In this document: positions 36,659 to 46,286 of the stretch, in pieces
How the letters are laid out: each line of letters begins with the position of its first letter
How positions within the stretch are numbered: position 1 is the stretch's first letter
The notes under the pieces: model-generated
Databases searched by the model: none
Seen by the model: the letters and a program-made list of their open reading frames with translations, nothing else
What the model was told of the DNA's origin: nothing
Made by a program: the position numbers and the translations under genes
Assembly: GCA_965140515.1 (NCBI GenBank)
Contig: OZ223251.1
Coordinates: forward strand, 2,199,977 to 2,263,976
From: Bacteriovoracaceae bacterium
Lineage (GTDB): Bacteria > Bdellovibrionota > Bacteriovoracia > Bacteriovoracales > Bacteriovoracaceae
Direction of reading: 5' to 3'
Length of the DNA: 64,000 nucleotides

Positions 36659-37606
36659 ATGCAAACAGGAATACTTAAAAAAGTCACATTTAATTTCATC
36701 GATATGATTGAAGAAAAATATCACTTCGATGTATTTATAAAGAATGGAAATCAGAGCTATCAGAAGTTGATCCAAAAGGGTCAGGAGAAAACAGATGCTC
36801 TTATTTGTTCTATCCTATCAGAGGGGTACACAGAGTTTTTCATCGATGGCCCATCTCTCGATCAGTACAATCTCTTTATCAATAAGGTGAGCTCATTATT
36901 AACTAAATCAATTCTAACTGTTGATATCTCACACCTTATGGATTTTGTGGTTAAGTTCGTCCGGTTAAATAAGTATGGACTTGCTATGGACTTAACCGCT
37001 GCTAATGATGAAATTAATCGATGTGCTAGAGTGGTTGAGGGTAGCATCATAAGAATATGTAATGATCGTGAAGGATTATTAAAGATTTTCGGAAGTGTTG
37101 CTAAATTTCCTCATATTACGAGGCATGCTGTTTCTGTGGCCATGCTCTCAGTGCTCACTGCGACTCGTTTGGAGATTGAATCAACGGTGCTTTTAGAGCA
37201 AATTGCCACGGGGGCGCTTCTAGCAGATGCGGGAATGGGGCAGTTGACCTTCAATCCGGAGAATGCGGAGCTTTTGACTCCTGAGCAGAGAAAGGAGTTA
37301 TGGCGTCATCCCGAGCTTGGGAAATTCCTATTAGATCGCCTAAAAGGAGTTCCTTCATCGGTTGTAGCAATTGTAATGCAACACCATGAGAGGCCAAATG
37401 GTCATGGCTATCCAAATGGTCTTCGAAAGAACGATATATCCAGAGCTGCAAAGATTGTCGCAGTGGCCGATAGTTTTACGGCCATGATATCAAAGAGATC
37501 ATACCGTGATGCACTTTATGTGAATGAAACACTAAAGAAGATGAAGGCCGATGTGGGAAAATTTGACCCTGAAGTCTTGTCGGCTTTTATTCAACTTTAT
37601 AGCTAA
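36659..37606 (+). CDS. HD-GYP-domain protein with a degenerate HD dyad (AD)
   Basis: QHHERPNGHGYPNGL (HHE...GYP) and VADSFTAM. The position normally LLHDIGK reads LLADAGM. N-terminal ~145 aa are of unknown function. Confidence 0.75.
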   Translation: MQTGILKKVTFNFIDMIEEKYHFDVFIKNGNQSYQKLIQKGQEKTDALICSILSEGYTEFFIDGPSLDQYNLFINKVSSLLTKSILTVDISHLMDFVVKFVRLNKYGLAMDLTAANDEINRCARVVEGSIIRICNDREGLLKIFGSVAKFPHITRHAVSVAMLSVLTATRLEIESTVLLEQIATGALLADAGMGQLTFNPENAELLTPEQRKELWRHPELGKFLLDRLKGVPSSVVAIVMQHHERPNGHGYPNGLRKNDISRAAKIVAVADSFTAMISKRSYRDALYVNETLKKMKADVGKFDPEVLSAFIQLYS

Positions 37607-37718
37607 TTCTTATACAATTATTTCCAATATCTATTTTATCTATTGTTATGTTTATGTGAGAATATACCCAGACATCTGTGAAAAAAATATCAGAACTTTT
37701 TAATTATAGGAGAAATTC

Positions 37719-39395
37719 ATGAAAGTATTAATTATTGGTGGGGTTGCTGGTGGGGCAACTGCAGCAGCTCGTTTGCGTAGAAATGACGAGAGTGCTGAAA
37801 TTATAGTTTTTGAGAAGGGTCCATACATGAGCTTTGCTAACTGTGGTCTTCCATATTATATCGGTGGTGTTATTGAAGAGCGTGATGAGCTTTTACTCCA
37901 AACTCCTGAAGGGATGAAGAGTCGCTATAATATTGAAGTTCGAGTTAATAGCGAAGTCATCTCAATTGATAGAGATAATAAAATTGTTGAATTTGTTAAT
38001 CACAAAACAAATGAGAAAAACACGGAGAGTTATGACAAACTCATCTTATCTCCCGGTGCTGCTCCAATCGTACCTCCAATCCCTGGAATTAATAACGATA
38101 AGATTTTTACCCTAAGAAATGTTCCTGATACAGATATGATTGTTTCAAAGGTCAAAGGAGATCATGTTAAAACCGCAACCGTTGTCGGTGCTGGTTTTAT
38201 CGGCGTTGAGATGGCGGAAAATCTGAAAGAGCTTGGAATTGAAGTTACATTGATTGAAGCTACTGATCAGATTATGGCACCGTTTGATAAAGATATTGCT
38301 GCATTTGCTCGCGATGAAGTTAGAAAGCATGGTGTAAATCTAATCCTAAATAATTCTGTAAAGCAGTTTATTGACAGTTCTGAGAGAGCTGAGATGATGG
38401 AAGATAAGAAACCGATCATCACTGTTTTGGCAGATGGAACAGAGATTGTAAGCGATATGGTTATCTGGGCAATTGGTGTAAAGCCTGAAACTCGTTTTGC
38501 TGCTGATTCTGGAATTGAAATTACTGATCGTGGCGCTTTTATTGTGAATGACCACATGCAAACCAATGATCCAAATGTATACGCTGTTGGAGACGCTATT
38601 CAAGTTAAGCATTTTGTTGATAAGAAAGAAACGATGATTCCATTGGCTTGGCCTGCGAATCGTCAGGGGCGAATGGTTGCTGATATCATCACTGGAATGA
38701 AGAATCGTCCTTATTCGGGATCTCTTGGAACAGGTATCGTTAAGATTTTTGATTTAACTTTTGCTTCAACTGGACTTAATGAAAAATATCTACAGCGCGC
38801 GGGGAGAGAGTACCTAACAACGACTGTTATTCGTGGGCAGCACGTAGGTTACTACCCTGGTATGAAGGCCATTATCCTAAAACTTGTTTTCAATAAGGCC
38901 GGAGATGTGCTTGGCGCTCAAGCGTTAGGAGAGGATGGAGTCGATAAAAGAATTGATGTCATTGCGATGGCCATTAAAACCGGAGCAAAGGTTTGGGATC
39001 TTCAAGATTTCGAACCATGTTATGCGCCCCCTTTTGGAGCGGCAAAAGATCCTGTTAATATTGCGGGCTACGCTGCTGAAAATATCATCGACGGTATGGT
39101 TTCATCAATATCTGTTATGGAGCTAGATAATCTTGATAAAAATGAATACGTTTTATTGGACGTAAGAAATCAAGACGAGTGGGATGTTGAGCATATCAAT
39201 GGTGCTCGTTTACTTCCTGTTAATGACCTTCGTGCAAAAATTGACGAACTCGATAAATCTAAGACTTATGTTACAATTTGTAAGGTTGGTCAACGCGGAT
39301 ACATTGCTTCTAGAATCTTAGAGGCAAATGGATTTAAATCTATAAATCTTTCCGGTGGGATGACCATGTGGAGTGCATACAATAGAGGAGAATAA
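37719..39395 (+). CDS. CoA-disulfide reductase / NADH-dependent persulfide reductase fused to a C-terminal rhodanese domain
   Basis: GGVAGGATAA FAD motif, redox Cys in SFANCGLPYYIGG, a second GAGFIG dinucleotide motif, and a C-terminal rhodanese with ICKVGQRG. Confidence 0.85.
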   Translation: MKVLIIGGVAGGATAAARLRRNDESAEIIVFEKGPYMSFANCGLPYYIGGVIEERDELLLQTPEGMKSRYNIEVRVNSEVISIDRDNKIVEFVNHKTNEKNTESYDKLILSPGAAPIVPPIPGINNDKIFTLRNVPDTDMIVSKVKGDHVKTATVVGAGFIGVEMAENLKELGIEVTLIEATDQIMAPFDKDIAAFARDEVRKHGVNLILNNSVKQFIDSSERAEMMEDKKPIITVLADGTEIVSDMVIWAIGVKPETRFAADSGIEITDRGAFIVNDHMQTNDPNVYAVGDAIQVKHFVDKKETMIPLAWPANRQGRMVADIITGMKNRPYSGSLGTGIVKIFDLTFASTGLNEKYLQRAGREYLTTTVIRGQHVGYYPGMKAIILKLVFNKAGDVLGAQALGEDGVDKRIDVIAMAIKTGAKVWDLQDFEPCYAPPFGAAKDPVNIAGYAAENIIDGMVSSISVMELDNLDKNEYVLLDVRNQDEWDVEHINGARLLPVNDLRAKIDELDKSKTYVTICKVGQRGYIASRILEANGFKSINLSGGMTMWSAYNRGE

Positions 39396-39397
39396 TT

Positions 39398-39817
39398 GTG
39401 GAGAACTTTACCCCTTGGCAGTCCTTAATCGGCGGATTGTTAATTGGAGCAGCTTCCGCCCTTTTATATATTGGGCAAGGAAGGATTGCTGGAATTAGCG
39501 GTATCTTTGGTGGGATGCTTTCAAAGTTTTGTCGTGATTTTGTTTGGCGATACTTTTTTATCGCGGGACTTATATTTGGTGGAGCGCTTATTTACTGGTT
39601 TAGCCCGGAGAAAACAGCGATCAACTTCCATCATCCACTGCCGCTATTTGCTATTGGTGGACTTCTCGTTGGAATTGGTACACGTGTCGGTAATGGCTGT
39701 ACTAGTGGCCACGGTATTTGTGGGCTAGGGCGACGCTCTTCTCGTTCACTTGTTGCTGTTATTACATTCATGATTACAGGTGCACTGACTGTTTTTATTG
39801 TTGGGAGGTTTGTATGA
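39398..39817 (+). CDS. YeeE/YedE-family sulfur-compound transporter, first half
   Basis: Polytopic, with the NGCTSGHGICG motif. Lies 2 nt after the reductase stop. Confidence 0.75.
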   Translation: MENFTPWQSLIGGLLIGAASALLYIGQGRIAGISGIFGGMLSKFCRDFVWRYFFIAGLIFGGALIYWFSPEKTAINFHHPLPLFAIGGLLVGIGTRVGNGCTSGHGICGLGRRSSRSLVAVITFMITGALTVFIVGRFV

Positions 39818-40245
39818 GAGGAATTTGGAGTTTTATTTGTGGAACTCTCTTCGCTGTGGGCCTTGGTATTTCTGGAATGATGAATCCTGCTAAAGTTCAA
39901 GGTTTCTTGGACTTTACTGGTAATTGGGATCCCTCACTCGCCTTTGTTATGGGGGGAGCAATGGGGGTTTACATCATTGCCTATCCACTTATTTTAAAAT
40001 TTCGTAAAAAACCAATATTGGATTCTCACTTTCACGTTGTGAAGACAAAGCATGTCGATAAGAGACTTATTGTGGGTCAAGTCCTTTTCGGAATTGGATG
40101 GGGACTTACGGGAATTTGCCCTGGTCCTGGGATCGCAAACCTTGCGACCTTAGCTCCAAGTGCTTTGATGTTTGTAGGCTTTATGGGGGTTGGGATGACC
40201 TTTGTTAAAGCATATGAACTAAGAACAAAAGTTTGTGATGTATAA
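39814..40245 (+). CDS. YeeE/YedE-family sulfur-compound transporter, second half
   Basis: ATG 39814 overlaps the upstream stop (ATGA). The ORF-track start 39718 runs inside the previous gene. Carries GWGLTGICPGPG. Confidence 0.7.
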   Translation: MRGIWSFICGTLFAVGLGISGMMNPAKVQGFLDFTGNWDPSLAFVMGGAMGVYIIAYPLILKFRKKPILDSHFHVVKTKHVDKRLIVGQVLFGIGWGLTGICPGPGIANLATLAPSALMFVGFMGVGMTFVKAYELRTKVCDV

Positions 40246-40282
40246 AAAGTAGCATTACTTTTTAGTCCGTGTGTAAAGAATT

Positions 40283-40316
40283 AAGGCCTCGCGTTTGCGA
40301 GGCCTTTTGTTTTTGT
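40283..40316 (+). terminator. Rho-independent terminator
   Basis: AAGGCCTCGC-gttt-GCGAGGCCTT followed by TTGTTTTTG. Confidence 0.7.
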
Positions 40317-40329
40317 ATAGAATAACCTC

Positions 40330-41610
40330 ATGGATAAACAGGAAAAACGAATCTTACTTTATTTTGCAATTGGGGCCATCCTCTTTGTTGTTATTGCCCT
40401 ATATAAAGGGGCCACACCGATGCTTCTTAAAAAAGAGATTAAATCTTCTGCAAAAAAAGTAAGTATAGTTTTTTCTATGGAAAATAAAAAGGGCGCTGGT
40501 CGCGACAATGGCGAGTTAAGTCCTATGCTCATTGTGAATGATGATATCTGCACTCTCGTAAATAAGCTTATTGTTCCCGATTCTATTGATAAACTTAATG
40601 CTTTGTTTTTTGGAGATACCAGAGATATTGATCTATCCACTGAATCTAAAAAAAGGCTGTGGAGCTTCTTTAAAGACTATGTTCATTTTGAAAAGACTGG
40701 TGTTTTGCCTTATCTTGTTGCTTTTGAAGAGGAATTAGAGGCAATAAAGGCAGGTCTATTAGCTGGCCAAACTTTTTCTAAGCGAAAAGGAATGGTGGAT
40801 TTTAAAAAGGCAAAATTGGCAATTGCTGAGCTTATTGAGAAGTATCCCAACAATGGCCTTTATCCCATTATGATGCATCGATTGTTGAAGGATATGGGGA
40901 CTTCTTACGAAGATCGGCGAATCTTTTTGCTTATGGCAATGGTGGCGCCGGAGTTTTATACTCCTGAATACCGCATCCGAAGGGCCTTTGAGCGCGAGTT
41001 TATCTCTTCTGTTTCTCGTTGGTATGCATTTGGAATGATGTATGGACCAAGTGTATTTTACGCCAATGCTAGTGCCATTGAGAAAATGATTAAAGATGAG
41101 AGTAAAGAGTTTGCTGATAAAGCATTGAGTTTTGCCCGCATGCTTCAAAAGAAAATGGATCATCAGGATGGTATTTATACTAGTGAGGCCAAAGCTTTGT
41201 ACGGATTATCTAATCGTATTATTAATGCGATTAATGAGCGTTGGGGAACCACTCACTCTTCTAAGTACAGTTATCTCGATGCATGGACCGTTGAGCCTCC
41301 CGCTCCATTTAAAGCGGAGATGGATGAGATTCATAAAGGGATAGATACATCTTTTAAATCAGGAGATAAAGAGTTGTACAAAGAGTATCTAAGAAAGCAA
41401 CGAGATCTCTACAAGCTGATTGATCAGTATAAAAAGGATCATAAGCTAGATGAAGCGGAACCAGAGGACTGGGAAAATCCATATGAAATGCTTAAGCAAA
41501 AAGAGTGCGATCGCACAGGGGCAGATCGTGAGTTTGAGGAATATATCAATGAGCGAGATCGTCCCTATAACTTCGCCCGCTACCTGAGACGGTATCGTCC
41601 CAATAGATAA
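40330..41610 (+). CDS. Membrane-anchored hypothetical protein (426 aa)
   Basis: One N-terminal hydrophobic helix (ILLYFAIGAILFVVIALY). Charged, helical-looking remainder. No family recognised. Confidence 0.5.
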   Translation: MDKQEKRILLYFAIGAILFVVIALYKGATPMLLKKEIKSSAKKVSIVFSMENKKGAGRDNGELSPMLIVNDDICTLVNKLIVPDSIDKLNALFFGDTRDIDLSTESKKRLWSFFKDYVHFEKTGVLPYLVAFEEELEAIKAGLLAGQTFSKRKGMVDFKKAKLAIAELIEKYPNNGLYPIMMHRLLKDMGTSYEDRRIFLLMAMVAPEFYTPEYRIRRAFEREFISSVSRWYAFGMMYGPSVFYANASAIEKMIKDESKEFADKALSFARMLQKKMDHQDGIYTSEAKALYGLSNRIINAINERWGTTHSSKYSYLDAWTVEPPAPFKAEMDEIHKGIDTSFKSGDKELYKEYLRKQRDLYKLIDQYKKDHKLDEAEPEDWENPYEMLKQKECDRTGADREFEEYINERDRPYNFARYLRRYRPNR

Positions 41611-41701
41611 TTATTTGAACGATTTTCTATACCGCATAAATGTAAAGTGAATTAACTCTGAATCCGATAAGCAATTATCATTTTAAAATTTGGAGTTTCA
41701 T

Positions 41702-42274
41702 TTGAAGATACTGTTACTTGTTTTTTGTATTGTCTCATTTTCTCTTATCGCAGCGGAGAAGTCGGGCGAATCTAAAGATAAGAAATCTAAAAAAGAGAAG
41801 GTCACTTCTAGTAAACCAACTAAAGTTGAACACTTGAGAAATTGGAATATTTTAACAGAGGGAGTTCCTGGAGTTCGTTATGGTATAGATTGTGGTGTTC
41901 TCGATCGATTAACAATTGGGTATCGGTATATGAAAGAGTATTACTCAAAATCTTATTATAGTGGAAATGGAATCGATCTCTCTTACTATCCTTTTACAAA
42001 TCGACTGGAGACTGGGGTTGTCTTTTCTGCTCAGCTTTATCGTGTAAATTTCATTGATAATAGAACAGATGAGGAGATTGAGTTCTACTCTAAGCAAGAA
42101 AATGAACCACGCCACAGTAACGGGGAATATCATTACCTCTCAAATCTAAAAGTTGAAGGGAAGGGATTTATTCCTTGGATCGGATTAAATGCCAGTCTTG
42201 GCCTAAATTATCGACTTTTTGGGCAAGGGAATTCTAGAGTCATACCTACTTTTTCATTTGGGCTTGCTTTCTGA
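41702..42274 (+). CDS. Small putative outer-membrane beta-barrel protein
   Basis: TTG 41702 follows TGGAG and gives the signal peptide (L)KILLLVFCIVSFSLIAA. Lys-rich linker, alternating aromatic pattern, and C-terminal ...FSFGLAF. Confidence 0.45.
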   Translation: MKILLLVFCIVSFSLIAAEKSGESKDKKSKKEKVTSSKPTKVEHLRNWNILTEGVPGVRYGIDCGVLDRLTIGYRYMKEYYSKSYYSGNGIDLSYYPFTNRLETGVVFSAQLYRVNFIDNRTDEEIEFYSKQENEPRHSNGEYHYLSNLKVEGKGFIPWIGLNASLGLNYRLFGQGNSRVIPTFSFGLAF

Positions 42275-42276
42275 CT

Positions 42277-42828
42277 ATGAAAGGAATTTTAGCTGAATTA
42301 CAAATTGGTGTTCTTTCAGATGGACTTGTTCCAACTCTTGCAAATTTGTCTGAGTGCTATCCAGATATTAAAGACTGGTATCAAAGTGTTCTTTCTGGAG
42401 AGTCAATTGCTTCCGCTTTAATGTCATCTTGTATCGACGTTAAGCTTAAAGGTGCTCTATTCTTGGGGATTACAACAGGTCAGCTAGATCTTATCCTAGA
42501 GGATTTGATTGAGGGGATTGATGTTAAAAGCGTTATTGTGAAGTACTCTGATATCGATCAAACACATTTTTGTAATGAATGCTTGAAGCGAGAAATTGAT
42601 TTGATTAAAAAGAGAGCTGAAGTTGAGGGTGCCAAACTTCTCTATTTATCTTTTTGTGAGAATTATTTTATTACTCAGCGCTATCTTGGGCACAGTGTGA
42701 CAGATGTGAAAGTCAATGGGCATAAGCTTATGTTCAATGCCCTTAAAGACTACTTCATAGCTCATAATACAGTTGAGTTGAATGATGGAATGTCACTAGA
42801 GGTGATTTTCTCAGTGGAGAACAATTGA
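42277..42828 (+). CDS. Cytoplasmic hypothetical protein with a T2SS-F/PilC-like repeat
   Basis: No signal peptide or TM helix. N-terminal LSDGLVPTLANL...LSGESIASAL...GITTGQLDLILEDL resembles one GspF/PilC cytoplasmic repeat. Tentative. Confidence 0.4.
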   Translation: MKGILAELQIGVLSDGLVPTLANLSECYPDIKDWYQSVLSGESIASALMSSCIDVKLKGALFLGITTGQLDLILEDLIEGIDVKSVIVKYSDIDQTHFCNECLKREIDLIKKRAEVEGAKLLYLSFCENYFITQRYLGHSVTDVKVNGHKLMFNALKDYFIAHNTVELNDGMSLEVIFSVENN

Positions 42829-42974
42829 GATGACATTACTTCCATTCAGGAAGAGTTGATAGATCTTCATTGACTTATGAATGAAAGATTTAAAATGATT
42901 CAAAACAAAGAGAACCCTGATATAATCGGAGTTTATCAAACAATGAGATTTTACCCAAGGCCAGGTCAAAAAAA

Positions 42975-43844
42975 CTAGTCGATAAATCGCTGTAGATCGA
43001 GCTTTGTAATCCGAGTGATATCTTCTCCAACAGTGCAGTATTCGCTGGCATCACCAGTGGCGCAGATATTTACAGATAGTGTTCCATCTTCATTTTCAAT
43101 CATGTCTTCTCCACCGCGAACTAGAATTCCTTCGACTTCTTTTGTTCTGGCATTGAAAACTGGTGAACCTGAGTTTCCTGAAAATGCATCAAGGTTTGCT
43201 GAGAAAACCCACTCATCATCGGTGTGCCATACTTCAGCGTTTTTGGTAAGTTTCATTGGAAGCCCGCTTGGGTAACCAATCATAACAACAGGAGTACCTT
43301 TTTCTACTTCCCCTTGTTGACGGATTTTAAGAACATTTCTTTCTGGAAATTTTTTCTCGAGGCGAATCACAGCATAATCGATCCAGCCTCCGTCATCGAA
43401 TTTTGTCTCAAGAATTTCCTTACAGGCAGCTGTATTTGATTTTTTAAGTGTCTGCCTTTTTGATGTTTTTAGATCGTAATCAAATACCCATAAGTGATCA
43501 TCACAATCTTTTTGCTCTGTTATGCAGTGACCTGCTGTCACTAGAACATCATCGGAAATAAGAAAACCAGAACAGTCTCCTAGGACAGCTTGGCGCGAGA
43601 AGTTTACAGTGCTTGGCATTCCTAGAGCTTGAAGGGAGAGGTATTCAAAGCGATAGGTGTCGCCTTTTTCCCAGAGGAAGATCTTAGGGGCCATGGTGGC
43701 AACTGCTTTTGTCTGTTCTCTATATTCCATGGCATAGAAGCTATCGACTTCATATCTGTCGTCTGCTCCATAGAGCATTTTCTTTGTACTTGCTTGGGAT
43801 AGAGTGGTGAGAAGTAAAGCCGCTAAAATAATGGTCTTTTTCAT
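42975..43844 (-). CDS. Secreted trypsin/V8-like (S1 family) serine endopeptidase; paralog of 14021..14899
   Basis: ATG 43844 (MKKTIILAALLLTTLSQA) follows GGAG. Triad contexts VTAGHC, DYAVIRLE and SGNSGSPVF. Confidence 0.8.
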   Translation of the reverse strand: MKKTIILAALLLTTLSQASTKKMLYGADDRYEVDSFYAMEYREQTKAVATMAPKIFLWEKGDTYRFEYLSLQALGMPSTVNFSRQAVLGDCSGFLISDDVLVTAGHCITEQKDCDDHLWVFDYDLKTSKRQTLKKSNTAACKEILETKFDDGGWIDYAVIRLEKKFPERNVLKIRQQGEVEKGTPVVMIGYPSGLPMKLTKNAEVWHTDDEWVFSANLDAFSGNSGSPVFNARTKEVEGILVRGGEDMIENEDGTLSVNICATGDASEYCTVGEDITRITKLDLQRFID

Positions 43845-43996
43845 AAGATCTCCAGTTGCAACAAAATATCCCACTGGTATCACCAAGTAAAGAATTTATT
43901 CACTATAGTTGTGTAAGTGCTCAATATTATGGGTTTACATATGGTGGAAGATATTGTTCCCATGAATTCCTTATTGAATACTGATATAATTTATTT

Positions 43997-44299
43997 ATGA
44001 AAGTTCAAAATAGTAGAACCCCATTCTTTCCTAATATTAAACAACCAAAGCAAATGCCTTTGAAAGATCCAAGTTCTATTTTAGCAACTGGAATTGGAAT
44101 TGATATCAGAAGTAAGGGAACACCTGAAAATGTAGTTAAAGAAAACAATCCTGATGACCCAATCGTTTCCAAAAAGATATTAGATGCTCTTAGTTTAGAT
44201 CTCATTTCTTTTAGTCAAAAAGAAAGAGATACTCTTGCCTCAATCTTAGGTGATAAGGCAAAAAAAGTTACTGAAAATAGATTCGCAGGTGATGCTTAA
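43997..44299 (+). CDS. Hypothetical protein (100 aa)
   Basis: ORF only. Its stop overlaps the ATG of the next gene (TAATG). No family recognised. Confidence 0.35.
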   Translation: MKVQNSRTPFFPNIKQPKQMPLKDPSSILATGIGIDIRSKGTPENVVKENNPDDPIVSKKILDALSLDLISFSQKERDTLASILGDKAKKVTENRFAGDA

Positions 44300-45051
44300 T
44301 GAAAATCTTTCTGGCCCTTCTGGCCCTTTCTCTTTCTCTGTCTGTTTTTTCGTATGAAATTACTTACTTCACGATCAAAGATAGTGCTACCCCTCTTCAG
44401 ATCAGTGGAAATTTCAAAGATGGTGGAGGTGTTATTACAGAAATTCTTTGGGAAATATTAAAAAAACGTGAAGACATTTCAGTTGATTCACAACTCTTTC
44501 CATTCGTCCGTATGGATCGAGCTATGAGAAAGGATACTTATAAGAACTGGATCAATTACGGCGCAAAGAATTGGAGAGGGCCACAATCATCGCGGCTTTC
44601 AAAAACTCCAATTTTTAAAGCTAGAAATCAATTCCTTTCGCTAAAGGGGGAGAAGGTCACAAAACTATCAGATCTTTTTGGAAAGCGAATTGTTTTGATT
44701 AGAGGTTTTGATTATCCAGGTCTTCAAAAATATATTGATAAAGGTAAAATACAGGTGGCCTGGGTTGATAATTATTTGAGAGCGATTACTGCTGTTAAGC
44801 TAGGTCGTGGAATTGGTTTTGTGGGGATGGATTTAAGATTGATGTATAACCTTCGAAAGCTTGGATACAACCCTAATAATTTTGAGTTCAATGATTTTTC
44901 AAAAGTCATTCCAAACTATGATATTCACTTTTGTTTTTCTAAGAAATTTCCAAATGAACTCTTTCAATTTATTGATAAAGAACTTATGCAGATGAAAAAG
45001 AGCGGAAAAGTTGATAAGATTTGGCATCGGTATATGTTCGATCAAGTGTAA
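44299..45051 (+). CDS. Periplasmic solute-binding family-3-like protein (orphan)
   Basis: Signal peptide, ~250 aa. Overall pattern resembles 30587..31360. No transporter partners nearby. Confidence 0.5.
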   Translation: MKIFLALLALSLSLSVFSYEITYFTIKDSATPLQISGNFKDGGGVITEILWEILKKREDISVDSQLFPFVRMDRAMRKDTYKNWINYGAKNWRGPQSSRLSKTPIFKARNQFLSLKGEKVTKLSDLFGKRIVLIRGFDYPGLQKYIDKGKIQVAWVDNYLRAITAVKLGRGIGFVGMDLRLMYNLRKLGYNPNNFEFNDFSKVIPNYDIHFCFSKKFPNELFQFIDKELMQMKKSGKVDKIWHRYMFDQV

Positions 45052-45066
45052 TATGCAGGTTGTTTA

Positions 45067-45294
45067 ATGGAAAATTTTGTTCTCGATCCCAATGAGCTTT
45101 ATGCTTTAATCAATACAAAGATGCCCTTCGGTAAGTATGCCGGTATTTCTCTAATCGATCTTCCAGAGGAATACCTTGTTTGGTTTGAGAGTAAAGGATT
45201 TCCAGAAGGTCGTATTGGTGGCCTTCTTGCTCAGGTTTATGAAATCAAAGTTAATGGCCTTGAATATCTATTTGAGCCTCTTAGAAATAAGTAG
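45067..45294 (+). CDS. DUF3820-family small protein
   Basis: MPFGKYAGISLIDLPEEYLVWFESKGFPEGRIGGLL..YEIKVNGLE matches the conserved DUF3820 pattern as I remember it. Confidence 0.65.
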   Translation: MENFVLDPNELYALINTKMPFGKYAGISLIDLPEEYLVWFESKGFPEGRIGGLLAQVYEIKVNGLEYLFEPLRNK

Positions 45295-46126
45295 TTTGAT
45301 ACTTCATTATCCCAATGATCGTTGAATAGACCGCTTCTTTCATTCTTTTCATTTTATATTCTTTATAGACATCCATTGGGATTGCCGAGTTGGTTCCATA
45401 AGTGTTCCCCAGTTCTCCATATTTGCCGAACCCTTTAATTTTGAAAATCGATCTTAAGTTGTTATCATACGGCATCCAGAATGATTCCCATGTGTACTCT
45501 GTATTCGGTATTGTTTCTTTTGTTGAAGCGATTGTTCTTTCTGCGGTTCTTGTGAGCAATTCGTACCATTCAATATTTTCACTAAAAAGCTCTTCACATT
45601 TTTCTGTAGTTATTTGAAAGCTATCAAAGAACTCTTGATCAATATCGTATAACTCAAATGAGTCTTGCTTTCCAAAAGGGGGATTTGAGTGATAGATAGC
45701 GGCCGTGTGTGCTGGAACCGTCATATCTTGCAGGTGATGGAGTAGGCGTCCTAGATAGTAGTACCTGATTCGATAGTTTAGCCCCATTTGAGTGAATCGC
45801 TCTACTTGAGTAATTCTTCTGTGAAAGATTGTTTTATTTGTGGAGTCAAAGAAGCTATTCTTCGGCAAGTATTCGTTGGCGCGGTATAGATGCCAGTTAA
45901 GTGCTCTCGAAATTGGTGAAGAGGTATCTTCATGCTCTGCTCCCAAAGCAAAGTATTTTGTTTCAAGCGTTGTTAACTTTGTGATTCCGTCACCAGCTCC
46001 AATGTGGTTTACACATCTGTTGTATTGAGTAGAAATAAACTTACTTAGTAGTTGATGATTATTTGGATTATAACCATAACTTGTCGAAACCATTGAGATA
46101 AAAAGTAAACTTAGTACAAGCTTCAT
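45281..46126 (-). CDS. Secreted zinc-dependent phospholipase C-like protein
   Basis: Signal peptide. LLHHLQDMTVPAHTA resembles the HYLGDxxxPMHA zinc-ligand block of zinc PLCs. Confidence 0.5.
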   Translation of the reverse strand: MKLVLSLLFISMVSTSYGYNPNNHQLLSKFISTQYNRCVNHIGAGDGITKLTTLETKYFALGAEHEDTSSPISRALNWHLYRANEYLPKNSFFDSTNKTIFHRRITQVERFTQMGLNYRIRYYYLGRLLHHLQDMTVPAHTAAIYHSNPPFGKQDSFELYDIDQEFFDSFQITTEKCEELFSENIEWYELLTRTAERTIASTKETIPNTEYTWESFWMPYDNNLRSIFKIKGFGKYGELGNTYGTNSAIPMDVYKEYKMKRMKEAVYSTIIGIMKYQTTYF

Positions 46127-46286
46127 ATGTTTCCTTTGATTTAAAATACATGTATGATTCCCTTTCGGGATAAATTGGCATAACTTGAGTAAAATTGTTT
46201 GGTATCGTCTCAGTTATGATTTGATAGGTATTGATGATTATCTTTTTAAGAAGTTAGAACGTATTAAGGTAGTTGAAGGAGATATT

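Noticed and set aside
43997-44299. 100-aa protein considered as an FlgM-type anti-sigma factor
   Set aside because: Only the size fits. The C-terminal region lacks the conserved FlgM helix pattern, and there are no flagellar genes nearby.
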